Shown in pieces: positions 18,085-26,984 of a stretch of 64,000 nt of DNA. Source of the DNA: Candidatus Latescibacterota bacterium (GTDB lineage: Bacteria > Latescibacterota > UBA2968 > GCA-2709665); the NCBI GenBank assembly GCA_965219995.1, contig CBDCOX010000002.1, positions 3,552,001 through 3,616,000 of the forward strand, read 5' to 3'. The notes below the pieces were generated by a model. It worked only from the letters and a program-made list of their open reading frames with translations. It was not told the DNA's origin and did not search any database. The position numbers and the translations under genes are program-made. Every line of letters begins with the position of its first letter. The stretch's first letter is position 1.

Positions 18085-21000
18085 ATGGACGAATCGAAGA
18101 CCACAATCAACAGGAAGACCGCCCGGATGGCTCCCGGTTCCGGTCTGGTGCTTGTGACGGTATTGCTTGTCGCAACGCTCTTCTGCCCTCGGCCCTCCTC
18201 GTCAGCGGAGACCCGCCCGGTGATGTCCCTCGACGGTCGGATGCGCGCCTGGGCCGTGGAACGCGGCGAACGGAGGGCGTTGCTGACGGAAATATGGCTT
18301 GACCGTGGTGACGGCGAACGTCCCCGTCGGCAAAGAACCTATCCCGGCGCGGCGGGATCTCTGGAATTCCTGCCGGATAGAAGCGCGCTGGTCTATCTCG
18401 AACGGAGCCTCAGATATCCCGCCTTCGCATCGTACCTCGCGGGCGGCCGCACCCTGCCGATAGCGAAAAATCGGATCTGGGAATTAGCGATTGACGGTTC
18501 GGACGAGTCCCGCTGGCCGCTTCCTCCCGAACTCAATCCATTGGACGTTGCCGTCTCGCCTGACGGTAGTCTTCTCGCCGTGCGAGGCGAGTGGGACGGC
18601 TCGGTGGACTGGGGTCAGCCGGGGCTCTGGAGGGTCGACCGGGCGGGACAGGCCACGCAACTCTGGAACGGCGGAACAACCGGCAACCTGCGGTGGTCTC
18701 GTGACGGAGCGAATGTCTACTTCGTCGCGAGCGATACGACGTCTGAAGAAATGAAATTCGTACACGTGGTGACCGGCCTGGTGGACAAGGATACCGTCTC
18801 CAAAGCCGACATCATTAGAGCCGTCCCCGGGTTACCGGAGACGGATTTCGACAACGCGTTGTCTTCCGGCGAACAGGTTTCGCTGCAGCGGGCGCTGGGC
18901 GCGCTTCAAGGAGGATTAATTCGATACAGCCGGATGAACTCAGCCTCGCATCGGGCGGACCGGCACAGGGAAAAGGACGCGCGAAAAGCTGTCGAGCGGA
19001 TGTTCGAGGCTCTCCACAAGCGCCACAAGAAACTCGGCATCTCCAGGGCAAGCTGCCTTGCGTACGTGGCGGCGCTGCGCGAACAGCAACTTCGACCGAA
19101 GACTGCCTCAAATGAACGTGTCTGCATGGAACACATGCTTGTCTTGAACGACCTGGCGCGCCGCTTCGCGGAAGCCCACGAAGCGTTTCCCGGCGACCAC
19201 AGCACCCTGCATGAGTGGGTACGGCGAGAATTCGAAATGCAGGCCTCCAGCGACGCGGAGCGGCAGAGAGACGCGGAAGTCCTCGACATTCTCTTCTCTT
19301 GTCCTGCGATTCCCGAATCGGACCCGCAGGTCAAGTATCTCTACAGACACCGGGCCGCGCCCGGCATGCCGGTCCTGGCCTGTTTCTGGCACCGGGACCG
19401 GTATCTTCACCTGACGGAAACGGCCGGCGGCCGGCGGCTTGAAGCCGTGGACATGCGTTCCGATACGGTCGACTCTCTCTTCGCCGTCGTGCTGGAGCAC
19501 ACCCGCGAGGACCGGCTCAAGGAGGCGGCGGCCCTTTTCCGGCTTGTTGCCGTCCAGCGGCCGAAGGATGCGCCCCTCCACATTGAACTGGGACATGCGT
19601 ACCACAAGGCGGAAGACTACGAGCGTGCGATGTGGGCCTTCAAGAAAGCCATCTCGCTACAGGGCGGCGCCAGGGCGTATTACGGGGTGGGCCTGGTGTA
19701 TGGGGAGCTACCAAAGGAACGCAACCTGGCCATCCACTATTTCCAGGAGGCGCTCGCCCGGCACCACGGGTACGTGGACGCCAGATATCAGATCGCCAGA
19801 ATGCGATACCTGATGAATGAATACGACGTGGGTCGCGCGGTCGACCGGGTGCTGGCGCTCGACCCGAACTACGCGGACGCATTCCGCCTGATGGGCAATT
19901 GGTACGCCGACTTCTGGAAGGACTACGAACAGGCCATCATCTGGTACACCCGCTACATGGCGCTGAGACCCGGCGATTCCAGCCTTCGCAGCCGGCTGGG
20001 CGTTGCCTACCTGATGATCGAAGACTATGAAAGGATCATGGACAAGCTGCTCGGTTTCGTCCGGCAGAATCCCAATGCGATTGAACTGATGCCCATCGTG
20101 GCCCAGGCGTCCATGAAGCAGGGAAAGCCGGACATGGCGATGGAGTTCTTTCAGGACTACGTTTCGAAACTCCCCGCCGAAGAGAGGATATTGTACGAAG
20201 ATATCCGGCTTGTTTCGTCGTCCGAGGAAATTGATGAGTATAAAGATACTCCCGAGTCCGAGCGCACAGCGTACCTGAAACGGTTCTGGAACGACCGCGA
20301 TCCGGACCTGTCCACGCCAGTAAACGAACGACTTCTGGAACACTACCGGCGCGTCTGGCACGCGCTCACGGAGTTCTCGGAGAACAAGCAGCCGTGGGAC
20401 GTCAGAGGCGAGGTCTATATCCGTTTCGGAGAACCGGACCACCGTTCCAGATCGGATCAACCCAACTACCGGCAGAGCCTCGCGGTCCAGCGGGTCAAGG
20501 AACGCTTGGCCGCGGGCATCTACGGCGCCGACGCGATGGAGGCGACGTTTATGGGGCCCGTCTTTCCCATACGCGGCAAGCGTCGGCTGGAAGGATCCTG
20601 GTACGAGTTTCGAGACGTCGAGACAGAAGGCACATCAGCGATGGGCGCTGGCGGGGAGGGAGGTAGTAGCAATGTGGGTGGTGAACAGGCTACCGCAAGC
20701 GGAGCAGGCGTAACGTCACTCCAACGTCCGGACGACGATACGTTGCGGATAGGCATCCTGCCCGTCAACAAACGACTGGGATTCGGCAACTATCAACCGG
20801 TTACCTCCGGCGAAGACATGAGCACCATCCCGTGGGAAACGTGGATCTACACGGACGTGGGCGGCGGCATTGAAATCACGTTTACGGACGAATTCGGCGC
20901 CGGAACGTACGAATACGCCCCCATGCCGCCCAACCGGGGGGACATAGAGCTCCGGCAGACCGCAAAATTGAGAACTCACTCTCCAAGAGAGGTCTACAAG

Positions 21001-21864
21001 AGAGCCGCCCGGGTCGCGCCGAATTACTATGCGCCCCAAGAGGAAGCGGCGCCGCTGGATTTCCACTACTCGCTGGCTGACTTCAAGGGCGAGGATGATC
21101 GCAGCCTCCTGGAAATCTACTACGGCGTCCCCATCCTCCCTGCCCACTACAATTCGGAAGAGGACGTCACACGGCAGGTGCTGACGCACCACGCAGCGCT
21201 GATTTCATCGTCGCTGGACACGGTCTACCGGCAATCGGACGGGATGACGTATGAAGCCGCCGGCAACTTGGCCGGAGAGGGTATCCAGGTCCCCGGTGTG
21301 CTGAAGCTGAACCTGCCGCCAGGTGCCTACCGGCTGGAGGTGAGGTCGCAGGACCGGCTCAGGGGCCGCGCGGGCGCCTATCGACAGCACGTTGTCGTGG
21401 AGCCGTACGGCGACGATCGGCTGCAGATGAGCGACCTGGAACTGGCCTGGCGGGTCGTCCGTGACGTAGGTGACGTCAGGTTTAGGAAGGGCGATCTGTA
21501 CGTCGTGCCGATGCCATCCCGAACCTATAGAAAGGGACAGAGCGTCTTCGTCTACTACGAAATCTATAACCTGGCGAAGGACGGGTTCGGGCAGACGGAT
21601 TATAATGTTTCATATACGATCACGTCCGCGGCCGCACCCGTCACAATGAGCAACATCTCGCGCCTGTTCCGGTGGAAGACCGGCAAGAGAGAAGAACTGG
21701 CCGTCACGTACGAACAGCAGGGGGAGACCGCGCAGGAAGTGGAATACGTCGAATTGGACCTCGCCGAGCAGGTCCCGGGTCGATATACGCTGAAGGTAAC
21801 GATCCACGACAGGAACAGCGGCGCGTCGGCGGAGAAAGACGCGATCTTCGTCATCGCGCGATAG
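18085..21864 (+). CDS. Large secreted propeller-like / TPR / GWxTD-family protein (long type B)
   Basis: Hydrophobic signal; TolB/WD-like repeats (VAVSPDGS, LRWSRDG); TPRs; FWNDRDP...EHYRRV...PWDVRGEVYIRFGEPD...WETWIY; VFVYYEIYNL. Start uncertain (18037-18127). Confidence 0.85.
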   Translation: MDESKTTINRKTARMAPGSGLVLVTVLLVATLFCPRPSSSAETRPVMSLDGRMRAWAVERGERRALLTEIWLDRGDGERPRRQRTYPGAAGSLEFLPDRSALVYLERSLRYPAFASYLAGGRTLPIAKNRIWELAIDGSDESRWPLPPELNPLDVAVSPDGSLLAVRGEWDGSVDWGQPGLWRVDRAGQATQLWNGGTTGNLRWSRDGANVYFVASDTTSEEMKFVHVVTGLVDKDTVSKADIIRAVPGLPETDFDNALSSGEQVSLQRALGALQGGLIRYSRMNSASHRADRHREKDARKAVERMFEALHKRHKKLGISRASCLAYVAALREQQLRPKTASNERVCMEHMLVLNDLARRFAEAHEAFPGDHSTLHEWVRREFEMQASSDAERQRDAEVLDILFSCPAIPESDPQVKYLYRHRAAPGMPVLACFWHRDRYLHLTETAGGRRLEAVDMRSDTVDSLFAVVLEHTREDRLKEAAALFRLVAVQRPKDAPLHIELGHAYHKAEDYERAMWAFKKAISLQGGARAYYGVGLVYGELPKERNLAIHYFQEALARHHGYVDARYQIARMRYLMNEYDVGRAVDRVLALDPNYADAFRLMGNWYADFWKDYEQAIIWYTRYMALRPGDSSLRSRLGVAYLMIEDYERIMDKLLGFVRQNPNAIELMPIVAQASMKQGKPDMAMEFFQDYVSKLPAEERILYEDIRLVSSSEEIDEYKDTPESERTAYLKRFWNDRDPDLSTPVNERLLEHYRRVWHALTEFSENKQPWDVRGEVYIRFGEPDHRSRSDQPNYRQSLAVQRVKERLAAGIYGADAMEATFMGPVFPIRGKRRLEGSWYEFRDVETEGTSAMGAGGEGGSSNVGGEQATASGAGVTSLQRPDDDTLRIGILPVNKRLGFGNYQPVTSGEDMSTIPWETWIYTDVGGGIEITFTDEFGAGTYEYAPMPPNRGDIELRQTAKLRTHSPREVYKRAARVAPNYYAPQEEAAPLDFHYSLADFKGEDDRSLLEIYYGVPILPAHYNSEEDVTRQVLTHHAALISSSLDTVYRQSDGMTYEAAGNLAGEGIQVPGVLKLNLPPGAYRLEVRSQDRLRGRAGAYRQHVVVEPYGDDRLQMSDLELAWRVVRDVGDVRFRKGDLYVVPMPSRTYRKGQSVFVYYEIYNLAKDGFGQTDYNVSYTITSAAAPVTMSNISRLFRWKTGKREELAVTYEQQGETAQEVEYVELDLAEQVPGRYTLKVTIHDRNSGASAEKDAIFVIAR

Positions 21865-21878
21865 GATCGGAGGATAAA

Positions 21879-23006
21879 GTGGCGCCGTGGGAACGAATCG
21901 GCATGTCCGTGCAGAGTATTTCGGCGTTCGTCATATTGTCGGGTCTGACGGGCTGCGGCGGCGATGCGCCTACCGGTGTTGATCCAAACAACGGCCCGCA
22001 GGGCATTGAAGTTGCAGGACACATGACGGACAAGCGGCACGACCATTATTCGATTCTGTTGCAGGACGGAAGGGTACTCATCGGTGGAGGCGCCGCGACG
22101 GGTGGGTCCGATGCCTATGCGACGTTTCATAGTAGTGCGGAGATTTTCGATCCAGAAACCGGATCCTCCAGAGCAACCGGCAGCATGTCGACCCCACGAA
22201 TGGGTGACAAAGGGACATTGCTGCCTGACGGTCGGGTTGCATTTGCAAGCGCAACTCAGCATACGCGTTCAAAGACTTACCCGGTGGAAATATTCGATCC
22301 GCGAACCGGCGAATTTACGCCCATTCAATTTAATCCCGCATTCGAAAAAATCGCCAGGTCTACGTTACTTTCAACTGGAAAAATCCTTGCATTCGGTCGA
22401 TCCGGCACGATCTGGACTATAGATCCGGAAACCGGCGAGTTTGAATTCAGGAACAGGCTTGCGGTCCCTCGCGGGGCCTACACGGCGACAGTGCTGCGGG
22501 ATGGGCGGGCCTTGATTACCGGTGGGATCACCGATCGTGCGGTTAGAGATTCTGAAATCTACGACCCGTCGTCCAATATCATTACGAAGGTTGGGGATCT
22601 GACGCACGAGCGGTACGGACACACGGCGCTGCTGCTTCCGGACGGCAGCGTGTTCATTGCAGGCGGCAGAATAGGCGATCCGGCTTCTCCGACGCAGGTG
22701 ACGGTCGCAGAGCGTTACGACCCTTCCACCGGGACGTTTTCGAGGGCTGGCAGTCCCGGAAACGAGCAGATTCGAGCTGCCGCCGTGTTAAACACAGGGA
22801 AAGTGTTTCTCATCCTCCGCAGCGGCGACGTGGTACTCTACGACCCGGATAACGGGACATTTCATCCCGCAGGCGACAGTATCGGGCGAGACTACAAGCT
22901 GTACACGGTGACGGTGCTTCACGACGGGCGTGTACTGGTTATTGGCGGATCAAGAAACGGAGATACGACGGATCAGATCCTGGCATACCGCCCTCAGCCG
23001 TTATAG
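21879..23006 (+). CDS. Kelch-like beta-propeller lipoprotein 1
   Basis: GGAGG then GTG 21879; lipobox LTGC; repeated LxDGRVLIxGG...AEIFDP units. Confidence 0.85.
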   Translation: MAPWERIGMSVQSISAFVILSGLTGCGGDAPTGVDPNNGPQGIEVAGHMTDKRHDHYSILLQDGRVLIGGGAATGGSDAYATFHSSAEIFDPETGSSRATGSMSTPRMGDKGTLLPDGRVAFASATQHTRSKTYPVEIFDPRTGEFTPIQFNPAFEKIARSTLLSTGKILAFGRSGTIWTIDPETGEFEFRNRLAVPRGAYTATVLRDGRALITGGITDRAVRDSEIYDPSSNIITKVGDLTHERYGHTALLLPDGSVFIAGGRIGDPASPTQVTVAERYDPSTGTFSRAGSPGNEQIRAAAVLNTGKVFLILRSGDVVLYDPDNGTFHPAGDSIGRDYKLYTVTVLHDGRVLVIGGSRNGDTTDQILAYRPQPL

Positions 23007-23131
23007 CGGTAATGGGTTCATTCGGCTTTTCGTCCTGATGGGATCGGTGTTGGAACATCCGTAATGAAGGTCCGGAAGATGCCGCGACGTTTCGGCAACC
23101 CTGAGAACTTTACTTGGAAAATGAGACGCTG

Positions 23132-26100
23132 ATGATTCTACGGTCCGTACATATCGTGTTATTTCTGACGCTCGGCCTTTCCGACTCCTTCTCAGAACAG
23201 ACCTTCGCGGTCGATTCAAGTGGTGGGAAGAAAGCCTGGACGGTCAGTTGGTCGGAAGGACCGGTGAGTCTGACCGAAGTGTGGATTGAGGCCGCACAGG
23301 GCCCACGCCGGCTGGGAGTGTTTCCTGGCAAGTCAAATGGTATCGAGTGGTACGGGAGCGGAGACGGCCTCCTTTATCGTGACCGGCCTCTCGAAACAAA
23401 GCTGATCGGTATTCCTCCGGTAGAACGAAGGAGATCGGCGCTGGTCCTTTCACGAACGTGGGAAATCCCGATTGGCTCAGGGGCCGTCAGAAGTGTCCCG
23501 CGTGACGGATCCAACCCTTCATCCGCCGAAAGAGAAAGCCTCGACGCCGCCGAAGGCGCCGGATCCCCGTCGCAGGAAATAAAGGCTGCGCTGCAGGGTC
23601 TCGGAGCGGGTTTTCAGGCTGCCGCGCTGGCCTACACCGCTCTCCATCAATGGGATTTCGATGACGCCTCAAAAAAATACCGCCGGGCGGCGTCGACATT
23701 CGCGGCTCTGCCTGGGGAGTTCCGGCACATCGGGCTTTTTCATGGGCCGATTGCAGCATACGTGCGCAGACTTGAAGAGATGGCGACAGAAGCGCGGAAA
23801 GATGGTGCACGTTGGGTATGTCGAGAGCACCTGCAGATCATCGCGGACCTGCTCGATGCCTATGCTCTGGAACATGACCGGCGTCGACCGGAGGACCTCC
23901 CGGCCCTCAAATCCTGGGCGGAAGCCCGAGTCTCCTCGAAGGAAAACGCATCGATCCTGAATGACCTGTTTCGCTCACCGGAAGACCCCGAATCCGGTCG
24001 CGAATTCAGCTATTTCTATCGTGCCGAGGCAACGACGGGCGAGGCGGTATTGACCAGCTATTTCTACAAGGGACGGCTGGTGGAGCTTGTTCACGATCCT
24101 GATGGTGACCGGATACAGGATCGATCCATCGGCCGCGCCCAGATCGACTCCCTGCTTGCCGTAGGGGTGGAACTGCTGGAGGCCGGGAATCCGCACGCGC
24201 CTCAAGCGCTGGAAATGGTAACTCGTGTGGCTCCCCGTTTCCCTTTGGGACACGCAAAAGCGGGTTACGCGTATCTCGAATCGAGGCAGATGGGCAAAGC
24301 GCTGGCATCGTTCGAACGGACGATCAAGTTGGATCACAGACTGGCGGAAGCTTACAACGGCCTCGGCCTGGTATTTCAGGAGCGTCCGAAGGCGCGGCAT
24401 GATGCAATTCGGTATTTCCAGAAGGCGCTGCAGTACGACCGGGACTACGTCGAGGCGCGCTTCAATATTGCGAAAGTCAGGTATGCGTTAAAGGAGTACG
24501 ACGTCAAAGGCGACTGCGAGAAGCTCCTGGAAATGGATCCGACGTTCGCGCCCGCCCATCTGCTTCTGGGAGAATGGTACGAGACGTTTCACAAAGACTA
24601 TGAGAGTGCGGCGCTCCACTATGCCCAGTACATGTCTCTGCGACCTGACGATCCGAAAGGGCGGAGCCGCCTGGCAGCCGTATATCTTAAATCCCAAGAA
24701 TATTCCCGGATTGTCGAACTCCTGGAGGGGTACGCCCGCCAACACCCCGGGGACACGGAAATCCTGCCGATATTGGCTCAGGCCTGTCTGAAACTGGATG
24801 CCGTTGATCAGGCCGATACCTATTTCAAACGGTACCTGGAGCGTATTGACGCGGAGGAACGTGCGCTGTTCGGCGACATCAGCCTCGCGGCGTCGGAAGT
24901 CGAGATGGCGGCTTTTGAAGCGACGCCCGAAGCGTTGAAGGGCACGTTTCTGCGAAGGTTCTGGACAGAAAGGGATCCGGATCTGACGACGGCCGCAAAT
25001 GAGCGCCAACTGGAGCATTATCGGCGGGTGTGGTATGCGCGCCGCAACTCTTCAGCAGGACGCCAACCCTGGGACCGCCGCGGGGACGTATATGTCCGGT
25101 TTGGAGAGCCGGACTACCGGTCCCGGTCAGATATGATGAACGTGGATCAGAGCCTCGCCGTCCAGCGGGTCAAGGAACGTCTTGCCCGCGCGATCTACGG
25201 CACCTCGGTACCTGCGAAATACTTTCTCAAACCCGCAGAGGATGCGAAGGGAATTCGACATATAGCCGGAGATTACAAGCTTAATGCGTCTCCTTTCGAG
25301 TCCATTTATCCCGGCCCGGTCTATCCCGTACAAAGCCTGCGGCAGTCTTTGGGCGAAGGCCCCGAATTCAGCGCGAAACTCGCGAACAATCCTGAGAGTA
25401 ACGCCCTCGCCAGCGACGCACTTCCTCCCACGAACTACAGACCGGTCTCCAGCGAGGAAGATGCGTCTATGGTCGCCTGGGAGACCTGGGTCTACGTCAA
25501 TGTCGGCGGCGGAATCGAAATCACGTTTACGGATGAATTCCAAAACGGGATCTACGACTATGCGCCTTCTCCTTCGGATTCCCGGATTCCCGTCCGACAG
25601 CAGGCAAGCCTGAATCGTTACAATCCGAGGACCGTCACCGCCCAGGCCACGAGTGCGACGCCCAACTATTACAGAATCGAACCCAATGAAGACCCATTCA
25701 CCTTCTATTACGATCTGGCGGATTTCCGGGAAGGCGAGGGAACATCCCTGGAAGTCTATTTTGGCGTACCGCACGTTTCAGGCCACTTTGCGAAGGACAG
25801 GAACGAGACCCGAATTGAAGTCGAACGGACGATCGCGTTAATGAACAAGGAAACAGGCGCGATTCTTCGGCGGGTGGGGCAGGTTACTTTCCGGGACAAG
25901 GGCGACCTGACCGGCAGAAGCGATGGCTTTGTTCCTGATATGGTTCGCCTCGGCCTACCCGCGGGGCGATATCTGATGGAGGTTGGAGTCAAGGACAGAG
26001 CGTCGCGCCGCCGAGGAAGGTATCGACAGGACATCGTCGTCGAGTCTTACCGTGGAGAAGCCTTGAGGATTAGTGATCTCCAGATTGCGTGGCAGATTGC

Positions 26101-26506
26101 AACCGATCCCGCGGAATCCGGATTCCGCAAAGGCGACCTGCGTGTGATTCCCATGCCAACGAGGAGTTTTGGGACAGGCCAGAGCGTCTTCCTGTATTAC
26201 GAGATCTATAATCTGACCAGGGACGATTTCGGGCAGACCCGTTACGAAGTATCCTATACAATCACGTCAAAGGACACGCCTGGAATCACCGGGTTGATTT
26301 CGAGTCTGTTTGGTTGGCGGTCGGGCAAAAGAGAGGAACTTGCCGTGACATACGAACAACTGGGTAATGCCGACGAGGAATCGGAATACGTGGAACTGGC
26401 CCTGGACAACCAAGCTCCTGGACATTACGTCTTGACGGTAACCGTCCGAGACATCAACAGCGGCGAAACCGCCGGGAAGGACGCCGGGTTTGTCATCGCG
26501 GAATAG
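23132..26506 (+). CDS. Large secreted TPR / GWxTD-family protein (long type C)
   Basis: Signal peptide; TPRs; FWTERDP...EHYRRVWYA...PWDRRGDVYVRFGEPD...WETWVY. Confidence 0.85.
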   Translation: MILRSVHIVLFLTLGLSDSFSEQTFAVDSSGGKKAWTVSWSEGPVSLTEVWIEAAQGPRRLGVFPGKSNGIEWYGSGDGLLYRDRPLETKLIGIPPVERRRSALVLSRTWEIPIGSGAVRSVPRDGSNPSSAERESLDAAEGAGSPSQEIKAALQGLGAGFQAAALAYTALHQWDFDDASKKYRRAASTFAALPGEFRHIGLFHGPIAAYVRRLEEMATEARKDGARWVCREHLQIIADLLDAYALEHDRRRPEDLPALKSWAEARVSSKENASILNDLFRSPEDPESGREFSYFYRAEATTGEAVLTSYFYKGRLVELVHDPDGDRIQDRSIGRAQIDSLLAVGVELLEAGNPHAPQALEMVTRVAPRFPLGHAKAGYAYLESRQMGKALASFERTIKLDHRLAEAYNGLGLVFQERPKARHDAIRYFQKALQYDRDYVEARFNIAKVRYALKEYDVKGDCEKLLEMDPTFAPAHLLLGEWYETFHKDYESAALHYAQYMSLRPDDPKGRSRLAAVYLKSQEYSRIVELLEGYARQHPGDTEILPILAQACLKLDAVDQADTYFKRYLERIDAEERALFGDISLAASEVEMAAFEATPEALKGTFLRRFWTERDPDLTTAANERQLEHYRRVWYARRNSSAGRQPWDRRGDVYVRFGEPDYRSRSDMMNVDQSLAVQRVKERLARAIYGTSVPAKYFLKPAEDAKGIRHIAGDYKLNASPFESIYPGPVYPVQSLRQSLGEGPEFSAKLANNPESNALASDALPPTNYRPVSSEEDASMVAWETWVYVNVGGGIEITFTDEFQNGIYDYAPSPSDSRIPVRQQASLNRYNPRTVTAQATSATPNYYRIEPNEDPFTFYYDLADFREGEGTSLEVYFGVPHVSGHFAKDRNETRIEVERTIALMNKETGAILRRVGQVTFRDKGDLTGRSDGFVPDMVRLGLPAGRYLMEVGVKDRASRRRGRYRQDIVVESYRGEALRISDLQIAWQIATDPAESGFRKGDLRVIPMPTRSFGTGQSVFLYYEIYNLTRDDFGQTRYEVSYTITSKDTPGITGLISSLFGWRSGKREELAVTYEQLGNADEESEYVELALDNQAPGHYVLTVTVRDINSGETAGKDAGFVIAE

Positions 26507-26812
26507 GATTGTCAGCGTTAAGTGAGGGTTGGATTGAAATGTCGTTTTGATCGGCCTAATACGAGTAGAAAAAGCCACAAAACGATACCCTGAGCCTGTT
26601 CATGGGTACCGAAGGCGGGCATTTCGACAAGCTTACTTCGGCAAGCTCAGCACAGGCAATGACCACGCGCAGAAATGCTCACATCGGCATGCTCAGGTGT
26701 TCAGGACCCCCCACCGGCGTGGCTGCGGGTAATGCGTTGTTCCGTGTAATTCAGTCGAACTGAAACGGCGCATACTCCGGTTACCCAGAATTCATTGTCC
26801 AGGCCTGAAACG

Positions 26813-26844
26813 AGTCCGGAAGAAGCGGTGTCCGGACTTTTTTT
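26813..26844 (+). terminator. Intrinsic terminator-like hairpin
   Basis: agtccgga-N10-tccggact followed by a T run. Confidence 0.5.
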
Positions 26845-26984
26845 GAACCTATGGCGCCTGGCCTGTGTCTTTCAGGAGGGACGGGCGTGGCGGATGAAAG
26901 AGCCCGTGGGGACTCCGGTGCGCAGGTCCTATTTTTTCCGCGATTCTGAAATTGGTGTTCTCCTTCTTTCGAAAGGGCGGATTT

